From NCBI RefSeq assembly GCF_009914755.1, contig NC_060931.1: a stretch of 64,000 nt of DNA; one strand, given 5' to 3'. The notes below the pieces were generated by a model, which saw nothing but the letters and a program-made list of their open reading frames with translations, was not told the DNA's origin and did no database searches. Positions 26,150 through 37,940 of the stretch are shown piece after piece. The position numbers and the translations under genes are program-made. The DNA comes from the human T2T-CHM13v2.0 reference genome, Homo sapiens. Every line of letters starts with the position of its first letter. Position 1 is the stretch's first letter.

Positions 26150-26990
26150 GGTCTCAGAGGGAGACCCTGGAGATGGTGGGCACAGGACAGGAGCAGCAGA
26201 ACCTTCACCAGGAGGATCCCCCCTGGTCCTGTGACCCATGCGTCCAGCTCGGGGCCCTCAGGTGGGGGCTGCAAAGAAGCTGGTTGTCCCTTGAAAGCTG
26301 GAGCAAGTGAGCAGGTACACTTGGACCTGAGGCTGTGGTTTTTCCCCAGGCTGAAGTGGATCTTGAGGTGGCAAGGAATGGAACAGCCTGGCGCCCTGGG
26401 AGAGTGGAGGGTGACTTTGAACTGGGCATCAGCAGATGTATGCCCAGCAGCCACTTGCTTTTCCATTACATGTGAATCAGCAGGGCCAAGTTCACCCTTG
26501 GAAAGAAGTTGTAAAAATCGGTTGATGCCTTTGAAGGCCTTTGTTTTGGAGGCTTCTTTGAAGGGTCTTGCATCCAGTTCTGACCTTGGAGCAAGTGTTA
26601 AGTGGCCTCGAGGAATGTCACTGAGGCTCCTTTTGGAACAGATTCAGGAAGAAAACGCTGTCTTGAAAAGTGCTCTCTTCTCTTTGTGCAGGGGAGATTC
26701 AATAAATATCTCTGTTGTATAACATTCCTTGTATTATGTAACTCTTAAAACTTTTACAAATGACTTTCATATACATCATCTGATTGTTCAGACTTAAAGG
26801 GTGTCAGACATCTGCTGTTGATGGCTGTGCTTTTTGAACAAGGGTAGTGAAGTAAAAACTCCCTCCCTTCCTGCCCACCCCCTGTTATGTCTCTTCCTCC
26901 ATGTCTTACCCCTCCCCCTCCTCCCATCGCTAGGCTTGTTCTTTACTTCTTCTTTCTGGGAGGTGAGGTGAGAAGGGGGCTCCTACATAG
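26150..26990 (+). pseudogene. Inverted partial duplication of ABCB4 intron 1-exon 2-intron 2 (homologous to ~2600-3382); pseudo-exon 26350-26435
   Basis: Aligns by eye to the reverse complement of 2600-3382; acceptor kept (tttccccag), ATG replaced by GTG at 26356, donor GT replaced by AT at 26436. Confidence 0.93.
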
Positions 26991-28048
26991 CATCCTGTGT
27001 ACCTGTCACCCAACTTTCTTCCATGATGACATGTAGTGACTGTAGTTCAAAATCAAATCCAGAACACTGAAATTGGTACAATACTGTTACTGTACTACTA
27101 CAACTTTCATATATATATATTTTCTTTTCTAAAATTAAGAGCACACAATTTGCATAAGTCTTTTCTCTTTTATTCTGTATAGTGGGTAAGGCTCAGTCCT
27201 CAGGTGTTACTGTAATGATGGGCTTCCCTATTTTTCATGTACAATTACATGGCTTTAGATAGGAATCTTCTTTATATATTTTATATTAACAAAAGCCTTT
27301 TTAGATATTAATTTGTGATAAAATGAAACTGACCCAGAAAAAGTACACACTTTTTCACACACACAAAAAAAATTGGCAAAAGAACAGACACTTATTGAGC
27401 CTCTGCTATATGCCAAGGACTTTGCCAAACACCGGAACACAGTGACGCAAAGACAGTCCTCTCTCAAAGGGTTCACACATCAGAGCATGAGCCTTAAGCT
27501 GAGATATAAGAAAAACGCATTTCTAAAAAAGACCTCTTATTGAGACCTGGGGACAAATGGCTGCATTATGTGTCAGGAAAGAGACTGAAGCACATTTTGT
27601 CCCAACATCAGGAGTTGATTCTGGTGAACCAAACAGAAGAACCACCATTGTTAAAGTTGGGTATAACTGGATAATCTGGGGTGGAACTAAGAAAATAAAG
27701 AAGCCTGGGCTAGAAAAGGATTGAACTCAAACAAGTCGCACATGCTGGGATCCATCTGTGTTTTGCCTATATCTTGAGGGCCACACCTCAAACATCTATT
27801 ACTTTGATATCATCTTCAAGCCATACAAACAAATCCTCCTCCTTCTAAAGAGTTCCTCATCTCCCTCACTGTCACAGTATTTCCCAGCTGGCCTCTATTC
27901 TCCCTCCCTCTCTTACTAGGCTGTGAGTGTTTCTCATAGCTACCTGTTCTCTGCTTTTACCAGCCCAACTCAGAGCCACATTACCCTCGTCGCTTGCATG
28001 TTTTCTCTTAAATAAAAGCATCTTATTTAGCTTCATTGATTTGAGGCA

Positions 28049-28490
28049 TGTATTAGTTTCCTGAGACTACTGTGACAAATTACCACAAGCATGGTGGGTT
28101 AAAACAACAGAAGATTCTCCTCTCCTAGTTCTGGAAGCCAGAAATCCAAAATCCAGCAGGACTACAATTCCTTCATGGACTCCAGGGGATAATCCATTTT
28201 TTTGTCTCTTCCAGCTTTTGGTGGCTGCTGGCATTTCTTGACATGTGGCTGCATCACTCCGATTTCTGCTCCCATGATCACATCACCTCCTCTTCTTCTG
28301 TGTCAAACCTTCTTGTGCCTCACTTTTATAAGGACACTGGACCTTGGATTTAGGGCCCACCAGAATAATCCAGGATGATCTCCTCAAGATCTTTATATCT
28401 GTAAAGACCTTTTCTACAAGTAAAGTCACATTCATAGTTTTTGAGGATTAGGATCGGAGATGCCTTTTTGGAGGCCACCATTCAACTCAC
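28049..28490 (-). mobile_element. MLT1-type MaLR LTR
   Basis: tgtattagtttcctgagactactgtgacaaattaccacaa...ttaaaacaacag...ggatttagggcccacc. Confidence 0.82.
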
Positions 28491-28902
28491 TGCAGGGCTT
28501 TTCCTGTCCAATCCCTCTGAGTGGGTATCAGTATTTTCACCACATTATGCTCCTATTCAGAGTCATCAATGGTTTTTCATTTTCTCTCTCTTCAAATCTG
28601 AATTACTCTGCCTGGCATTCTAGGCTTACCACAATTTGGCCCCACCTAAATTTGGTACCCCACCAACATCCCATAATTTACTTCACCAGACATTTAGTAG
28701 TGTCTACTATGCCTAAGACACTGTTTCTAGGCTTTTGGGGACACCAAGATAAATACAGTGTCACCCAGCCTTCACAGAGCGTGTGGCCCTGCTGAGGAGA
28801 CAAATTTACACAGCTGACTATGAAACACAACACAACAAACAACACAGTCCCTTCCCACCAGGCAGCCTCTGCACTATGCACACTCCCGCTACTCTGCTGC
28901 AT

Positions 28903-29272
28903 TCATCCATTCTCACACTGCTATGAAGACCAACACTTGGTCATTTATAAAGAAAAGAGGTTTAATTGACTCACAATTCCACAGGCTGTACAGCAGGCGT
29001 GGGTGGGGAGGCCTCAGGAAGCTTATAATCATGGCAGAAGGGTGAAGGGGAAGCAAGAACATCTTCCCATGGTGGCAGGAGAGAGAGAGAGGGAAGCAGG
29101 AAGTGCTACACACTTTTAAACAATCAGATCTTGCGAGAACTCACTCACTATCATGAGAACTTGCTGTTCTGCTGCCACAATCCAATCGCCTCCCACCATG
29201 TCCATTCCCCAACGCTGGGGATTACAATTCAACATGAGATTTGGGTGGAGGCACAAGAGCCAAACCATATCA
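28903..29272 (-). mobile_element. MST/THE1-type MaLR LTR
   Basis: ataaagaaaagaggtttaattgactcaca...gccaaaccatatca. Confidence 0.88.
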
Positions 29273-29809
29273 CATGCTTTTAACTATTATCCATGATGTG
29301 TGACACAGTTTGGTACTTAATCACATAGTCCTACAGCTTCACTACTGTAATCACCTTTTGTGTCACTCAAGAAAATGTTTCTTAAACATAAGAACTTCTG
29401 CTTCTCTTACTTTTTACCAGAGTTATTATAGGAGTGTTACAAATAATGGTGTACATGTCTTTGTGTGAGACTTTGCTTGTACTAAAATCATTTGTTGCAT
29501 CTGAGATCACTGGTTGAATGTGGTAATTGACCCTGTGAGGTAAATTTGGAGAAAATAAATGGTGTGAAAAAGAGCACCCCCTCTCTGACAGCCTTTAATG
29601 CTAAAGGGGCAGCAATATACTCAAGCAGAAAAAGCTGGAGGCCCTGGGAGGGGCTCCACCTCCATGCAACTCCAGCCAGGGCAAAACAGTGAATAGGGAA
29701 ACATGGTTCAGAGAGAGCCAGCGAGTGTCACCAACTACAGCAACTAGACTGTGCAAACGACAGTAAAAAATACTTTTATTTTTCTTTTTATAGACATCTA
29801 AGAATTTTT

Positions 29810-29950
29810 ATCCCAGCTACTCAGGGGGCTGAGGCAGGAGAATCGCTTGAACCCAGAGGTGGAGGTTGCAGTGAGCTGAGATCACCACTGCACTCTAGTC
29901 TAGCCTGGTCAACAGAGCAAGACTCCGCTTCAGAAAAAAAAAAAAAAAGA
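29810..29950 (+). mobile_element. Alu right-arm fragment with poly(A)
   Basis: tcccagctactcagggggctgaggcaggagaatcgcttgaacc...(A)n. Confidence 0.9.
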
Positions 29951-30169
29951 AAGTGTCCTTACAGCAGACATACAAAGAGTTGAGGGAAAAATCTTTAAGA
30001 AGTCAAACCAAGTGACATGGTTTTATGCTTCTATTCACATAAATTTATCGAAATTTCCTAAACTAAGCACACTTTTTAAAGCCTTAAAATTTTAAAACAA
30101 AAGCTGAAAACTTAGGAGATAAAATTGTTTCTAATTCTGGTTTATTTTGGATTGTCTCTCAGAAGTTTA

Positions 30170-30455
30170 AATATATATATAGTATATATAATTATATATA
30201 TTATATATATTATATATATAATATATATTATATATATAATTATATATAATTTTATATTATATAATTATATATATTATATATATAATTATATATATAAAAT
30301 TATATATAATTATATATATATAAAATTATATATAATTATATATATATAAAATTATATATAATTATATATAGACTGTATCTATAGTTACAGATACATAAAT
30401 ATAGATAGATAACTATAGATACATAAATATAGATTTATATTATATATATAATATT
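30170..30455. repeat. AT-rich (TA)n-based low-complexity/minisatellite tract
   Basis: Nearly pure A/T, with recurring atatataaaattatatataattat units. Confidence 0.93.
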
Positions 30456-31632
30456 TAAAAAGCCACCATATTGTTCAAGCCATTTGGCAACCATTTTTTC
30501 TTTATACAAATTATATTTTGTAATATTCTTCAACATAATTTTCTAATGATTATATGGTATTCCATTTTGTGAATGCACCAAAACTTAATGTATAATTTCT
30601 TACTGTTAAATATTTAGATCTTTCCAATTTTCAATATTATAAGTAATGCTACTAAAAGTATCCTTTTACATATCTCTTAAATCCTTATAATTACAATTGC
30701 TGTCTTGAAGGATATACATTTACATTTTTTACTTACATTATCAAATAACAAAGAAGTTTATATCAATGACCAATTCAACTAATAAGGAATGTCACATTAG
30801 ATTTTTTTATTCATCATTAAATTACAAGGCAAAAAAATGATATTTTGTTTTAATTTGCATTTATTTGATTGTTGAAACTGTATACATTTTTCTCATGCAT
30901 TTCTTCTTTGAGAATTACCTGATTATATCCTTTCCTATTTTTTTTTCCTGGAGGTGATGGCTTCTTTTTTTTATTTTTAGAAGTTGCTTATTTAAGATAG
31001 CAATTGTTTATAGTAAATATAGTTTATAATGTTAATAATGCTTTTTGGCTAATTTAAAAAAATTTGTCGTCCAGAGTCCCAACCTTTGGAATATATTTTT
31101 TTCTTTTTTTATCATGTTTGTATCAAGATGTAGTTAAACTCATGGCACATTTTAAACATCTGTAAGTCAGAAGGATCACTTTTGGAAGAGGCCAATTACT
31201 GGCAAAAGTGATTCATTATCAAGACAAAAAGTAAATGTACTTTGGAAGTGTAAAAATCTTAAAAAATCCTTAAAGAACCCTTTATAAAAGCAATGCAAAG
31301 TATTTACTATACATCTGAATAATATGCACTTCATAATTGTGCCTCACCCCACCTCCTAAAATCTTATATCGATCTGTGTTTTGGGTTTGAGAGCCACCTT
31401 AATGTGGAAATGCAAGAATCAGCAGGATCAAGTCCAAGAAGAATGAAGCCAGATGGTTCTGTAAGACCCAATGTGAATAGACATATACAACAGGAATTAT
31501 TTAAACTGCTTAACCATTCCCACAAAAATGAGTAGGTATATTTAAAGAAAACTTTTTTAAAGCAGAAGTTATCTACAATATTCCAATTGAGAGAAGATAT
31601 ATTCACAGGCAGTTTGGACAAGATGACTCCAG

Positions 31633-32012
31633 TCACATGAAAGTTTAGTTTTATTATAGACACTTTATGCAAACATTTCAATACTTTTTGCTACTTCTAT
31701 AATCTTTTAGCAAGGCAGTCAGTTACAGTCCAAATGGGAAAATATAAACAAAATTACACATTTTATCTTTTAAAATCTACTTTAATTCTGTTATAAAATT
31801 TATAATGCAGTTTAAACTATGATTTCTCTCCACTTGATGATGTCTCTCACTCTGTTCCTTTAATTACGAAGTCTCTGAAGACTCTGAACTTGACTGAGGA
31901 AATGTTAAACAGATACCTCTTCATAATTCTGTAAGTGTTTGCTTTTAACTTTGAATAAATGTCATATCTAAACAAATATTAAAAAGTATTTAACATCTCA
32001 TACAGTCAGAGT
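31633..32012 (-). other. ABCB1: ABCB1 3' UTR (to the proximal poly(A) site; longer forms possible)
   Basis: Follows the TGA at 32013-32015; AATAAA on the minus strand at 31650-31655. Confidence 0.8.
31650..31655 (-). terminator. ABCB1: ABCB1 polyadenylation signal AATAAA
   Basis: Plus strand tttatt ~360 nt after the stop codon. Confidence 0.75.
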
Positions 32013-32219
<207 letters not shown>

Positions 32220-32268
32220 CTATTCCATAATCACATAGATTAATTCTCATAATAGTTCTTTTCCCTAA

Positions 32269-32624
<356 letters not shown>

Positions 32625-32737
32625 TTAACAAGGTGTCAGTGAAATAGAACAGGTTTTTGAAAACAAAGGATTTGTCATATCAGATGACTGAACCCTAATT
32701 TGGGTTAGTTCCGAGGCAGCAGTTATCTATCCCTAAC

Positions 32738-33025
<288 letters not shown>

Positions 33026-33666
33026 CAGTAGGTGCCGGCCAGCAGTCATCTACTCTTAAAGTTAAGGCAGTAAATACAGTTCACTGACTCATTTAAAAAC
33101 ATTTACTAATGTGTTTACCTTAGTTTCAAGGATGTTACAACATCCTTGAAAACAGACCTCAAATCCAGCTCACAGTAAATTCAAGAAGCCTGAGCAAAGG
33201 CCAAATACAGACTCCCGAATTTTTTTATTGTAGAGAATACCTCATACTGAGTTCGTCTTTCAGATAATCTGAATTTTTAACGTTTTCTCTGACTAGAAAT
33301 GATTGCTAATATTTATCTTAAAAGGTACAGCCAGATTTTAACACTGTCTTACACTACCACTTTTCCTTATGGTTGCTGAAGAGATGCTGCCAGTAGAAGT
33401 AGGAAATATGGTTCCTGAAAGCAGCTTCTTAGGTCAACGCAAACTGATCTAGTGATGGTTTGTGAAGCATATGTGCTCTAAGACTAATCTGCCTTGTGTC
33501 ATCTTTACTCTCCTGAATAACAGCTACAGAAAGTGTTTACATTTTACTGAAAGGTGATGTAAGTAACTGTCAATAATCTGGCTGCATTTTGTTCTTTACT
33601 ATGGAGAATACAGCATTTTTAAGGATGACTGATTCAAGTATGGATGAACCCAATTTAAATTCTTAC

Positions 33667-33813
33667 CTTTTCACTTTCTGTATCCAGAGCTGACGTGGCT
33701 TCATCCAAAAGCAAAATATGAGGCTGTCTAACAAGGGCACGAGCTATGGCAATGCGTTGTTTCTGGCCACCAGAGAGCTGAGTTCCTTTGTCTCCTACTT
33801 TAGTGCTATATTT
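33667..33813 (-). CDS. ABCB1: ABCB1 exon (147 nt, c.3490-3636), NBD2 signature LSGGQ, Walker [13 protein letters not shown]
   Basis: tttacag|AAATATAGC...GAAAAG|gtaag; [49 protein letters not shown]. Confidence 0.97.
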
Positions 33814-35599
33814 CTGTAAATAAGGTTTTGTTGTTATGAAAGTAGAACTGAAAGTAAAGTTCTAACAGCTTGCTTATAGAAAGTAGGATAGACGATTCTA
33901 TATACTCCAAAAATTTAGGTTCAGAAGCTAAGAATGGTTCATGAATAATTAAGGAAAGAACAGTAAAAAAGCCCAAAATGGCAGGTTTACTATCTATTTG
34001 AAAATAAATGTTTGGGCCTTAAGATGATATGTTTTAGTGTAAACAGGTCAGCATTTTAATGAAGAAGAATATTGTTGCAATGTTAGTATCTTCCATCTTC
34101 TGATTTCATTATATTTGGGACAAAGATTGGCAGGAGAAAGGAAATTTGATTTGAACAAAGTATTCATAATAAAATAATTGAAGCTCATCTTACTTGTAAC
34201 CAGCAGGTGACACTCTCTGCATGATTTTAAATTGAGGAAAGACATTCTTGGGATATCAGCCTTTTAGTGTCTGTTTTTATGAAAGTATCTCCAACACTTA
34301 AACAATTTTAATGGATGCTATCAAAATGGATTCCATTTTGATATCTAACTTTGAAAATGAACATCTCCTTTTTAAACATTTTTGTTGTTAGAGTGCTCCC
34401 AAAATTCTTCCCGTGTTGTTTCCCACAATGGATAATTGTCACCAACTATTCACTATGATGATAGGGACAGCAGTTAAAGGTTACTCAGGAGAGAGCAGAA
34501 ACAGGATGTGACTGCACTTGTAACCTAGAAAACAATACTATCTTATTATTTCCAGGCTGAAATTTTAGTACAGGGTTGCCTATTTTTATTTGCTATATCT
34601 GGCAACCCTAGTTTTGTGGCACTCAGCCCTGGGTTTCCCCCTGTAAATAGAGGGAGAAGACGCCAGATGAGGTTTTGGCAGATGCTTGGGACTGGCTCTA
34701 CCCCAGAGCTGTGGCTGTCTCAGAAGGCAGGAGCACTGAAGTGTATCTCATGTGAGTGGAGGGTTTACTAGTTGCACTCTTGATATAGTACTGATCCTGT
34801 TGAGGCAGATAAAGGCAGTGCGGCAGTCTTACAAGGAGGTAGCTAAACCAGCCACCTACAGGGTGAGGTAAATCCTAGTATTAATCACTTAGGAGAAGTG
34901 GATCCTTAGGTAATAGGACTTAGGGGTTTTACCTTTTCTCTCCTGGTCTAGACACTGAGGAAGAGAATTATGGTGTCTACAGGTGTGTTCTGTGTGACAG
35001 ATTAGAGACCAGGATTTGTCCTGTGGTAGACAAATGCCAGAGAGGCAAAGTATATTTAAAAAGATAGATAATAGTTACTCTCTGTGTTTGTGTTTTATTA
35101 ACCCCTAGCCCAGTGGTTCCCCAATTTGAGCCTGCAACAGTATTACCTGGGCTCTTAAAACGTGGATTGCTGGATCTGCAGTCCTAACAGGTTCCCAGGT
35201 GATGCTGATCCGTGTCTATACTTGAGAACCACTATCCTCTCATCAGTAAAGGGGATTGGAGCTTTCTGTTTTAAATGTTTGAGCCTGGAGAAGGGTCAAT
35301 TATCTAGTTGGGCTAGACTGTGAAAGGAGAGTGGGAGACAAGGCCACCTCCCTGGGACTTAATGAGATTGGTGTCAGCAGTTATCCAAAGAAGAGCCTAT
35401 GGAAGAAGGGAATCTTGGGAAAGAGAGCCACCTGGTGTTGCTTGCCTGCCTCGTGAGGAAACTGTCTTTCCTGCCGGGTTGAGGCTCCTGAGCTTTGTTT
35501 TAGGGGGCACTTCCTTAGAATAAAGAGCATAACTGGTGATAATGGGTGAGGTAGATTACCTAGGTTGAGAAGCACTTCAAAATATAGGACCTAACTTTT

Positions 35600-35920
35600 G
35601 CAGCAACATGGATGCAGCTGGAGGCCATTATCCCAAGCAAAGTAATGCAGGAACAGAAAGCCAAATACTGCATGTTCTCACTTATAAGTGGCAGCTAAAC
35701 ATCAGGTACTCATAGATGAAAAGTGGCAACAATAGAAACTGAGGACTATTAGTGTAGGGAGGGAAGGGGGTAAGTGTTGAAAAACTACCTATTGGGTTCT
35801 GTGCTCAGTACCTAGGTGACAGGATCATTTGTACCCTGAAACCTCAGCATCATGCAATATACCCAGGTATAATAAACCTGTACATGTACCCCCTAAGTCT
35901 AAAATAAAGGTTGAAAAAAA
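35600..35920 (+). mobile_element. L1PA/L1PB 3' fragment
   Basis: gcagcaacatggatgcagctggaggccatt...aaacctgtacatgtacccc...aaaataaa. Confidence 0.85.
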
Positions 35921-35941
35921 TCTAATTTTGGACTTTTAATA

Positions 35942-36236
35942 CAGGTTGAGCATCCATAATCCAAAAAATTCAAAATCTGAAATTCTGAAACTTTTTGAGC
36001 ACCAACATGATGCCACAAGTGGAAAATTTCACACATGATCTCATGTGACAGGTCACAGTCAAAACACAGTCAAAACTTTGTTTCATGCTCAAAGTTATTA
36101 AAAATTTGTATAAAATTGCCTTCTGGCTATGTGTATAAGGTATACATGAAATATAAGTGAATTATGTATATGCAAATATTCCAAAATCCAAAACACTTCT
36201 GGTCCCAAGTATTTTGGACAAGGAATAGTCAACTTG
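35942..36236. mobile_element. Tigger4/MER46-type non-autonomous DNA transposon
   Basis: TA-flanked termini caggttgagcatcc...ggaatagtcaacttg. Confidence 0.8.
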
Positions 36237-37043
36237 TATTCCAAAACAAAACAAAACACAAAAACTAATACACAGGACCTAAGAGGGCTTGAGAGAGGAT
36301 GAGAGGTTCCATTTATCCAACTTCCTAGGAGGAATTCAGAGGACACCCATAGGACCACAGCCCAGGGAGCCCTAGAAAAGATTTCAACCATTCACTGTAA
36401 ACAAAGTTTGGGGCCCATGAAATGTATGACGATGAGAGATTACATGATACCATGGTCACTTTAATGGTTCAACCCTTATTCAGAGAGAGCACTCTTTCTG
36501 GCATGGGTTCAGCCCTCTGGACTGGACTGACTCCACAGTGAGTTTTGAGGCTTGGGAGAGAGCTGCAAGGAGGAAGAAGGAAGAGAAATAGGGGAGAGAC
36601 ATGGGGAGAGACAGTCATGCCTACTTCCTCAGCAGGCCGGAAGCAGCATGTGCAGGTGGGGACCCAGACTCTGTACTTGGACTTAAAGTGAAAGGCTTTC
36701 CAGATATTGTACTTACCCCTAAGGCTGACAAAGGTGGAGCCTCAAGCCTATAGCTTTGGATCAAGACAATTGTTCCAGTTCTCCTATCCCAGAAATGTTC
36801 CTCTCTCCTAAACCTGAAGTGGTCGAACACTTTCATCCCTTCCTCACAAGGAGGGTCAGGTGATCAGGTAAAGGTAACAACTAACCCAAACAGGAAGTGT
36901 GGCCAGATGCTTGTATACAGGTAAGGGTGTGATTTGGTTGCTAATTTCTCTTCACTTCTGGGAAACCAGCCCCTTATAAATCAAACTATAGGCCAGAGAG
37001 GCTGCCACATGCTCCCAGGCTGTTTATTTGAAGAGAGACTTAC

Positions 37044-37250
37044 ATTAGGCAGTGACTCGATGAAGGCATGTATGTTGGCCTCCTTTGCTGCCCTCACGAT
37101 CTCTTCCTGTGACACCACCCGGCTGTTGTCTCCATAGGCAATGTTCTCAGCAATGCTGCAGTCAAACAGGATGGGCTCCTGGGACACGATGCCCAGGTGT
37201 GCTCGGAGCCACTGAACATTCAGTCGCTTTATTTCTTTGCCATCAAGCAG
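37044..37250 (-). CDS. ABCB1: ABCB1 exon (207 nt, c.3283-3489), Q-loop; carries c.3435 (position 37098, C allele)
   Basis: tttcag|CTGCTTGATG...CCTAAT|gtaag; [69 protein letters not shown]. Confidence 0.97.
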
Positions 37251-37477
37251 CTGAAAACAAGAGTTCACAGATCAACTTCAGGACCAGCACACTTTGAATG
37301 TAGCACAATTAACATCATTATTTCTTACACTGAAACTGCCAAGTTACTGTGAGATTAAGGAAAAGTTTGTGTGATTAAAATTTGGATAGTGAAGGTTAAC
37401 CCAACAAGGTCATAATTGTATGCCTTGAGGAACTGTCATGTTTCCTGTGTTTCAACCATGGTTTCTGATGTATGCAT

Positions 37478-37940
37478 GTGGTAGGCAGAATAATGTTCCC
37501 TCTCCCACAAGACATCTGTGTCCTAATCCCTGGATCCTGTGAATGTGTTATGTTACATGGCAAAAAGAAACTAAAGTAGTAGATGTAAGGTTGCTAATCA
37601 GCTGACTGTAAAATAAGATTATCCTGAATTATCTTGGTGAAACTAATGTAATCATAAGGGCTCTTAACTGAAGAAGAAGGAGGGAGAAGAGTATCAGCAA
37701 ATGCAGTGTGAGAAAGACTCAACCAGCCACTGCTGGTTTTGAAAATGGAGGAAGGGGCCACAAGCAAGGAAACAGATCATCCTTTGGAGCCTCTAGAAGG
37801 AACACAGCCCTCCTGACACTTGATATGAGCCCACTGAGACCTATTTTAGACTTCTGACCTCCAGAAGTGTAAAGTCATAAATTGGTGTTGTTTTAAGCCA
37901 CTGAATTTGTGGCAAGTGGTTATAGCAGCCACACTAATAC
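37478..37940 (+). mobile_element. MLT1-type MaLR LTR
   Basis: tgtggtaggcagaataatg...cttctgacctccagaagtgtaaag...gttttaagccact...gcagccacactaataca. Confidence 0.85.

Noticed and set aside
26138-26722. 194-aa ORF across the inverted duplicate, similar to ORF 2965-3357
   Set aside because: Starts at TTG, is out of frame with the ABCB4 CDS and runs through intron-derived DNA; the peptide similarity just reflects the DNA duplication
30125-30349. Ile/Tyr-rich ORF
   Set aside because: Translation of the TA repeat
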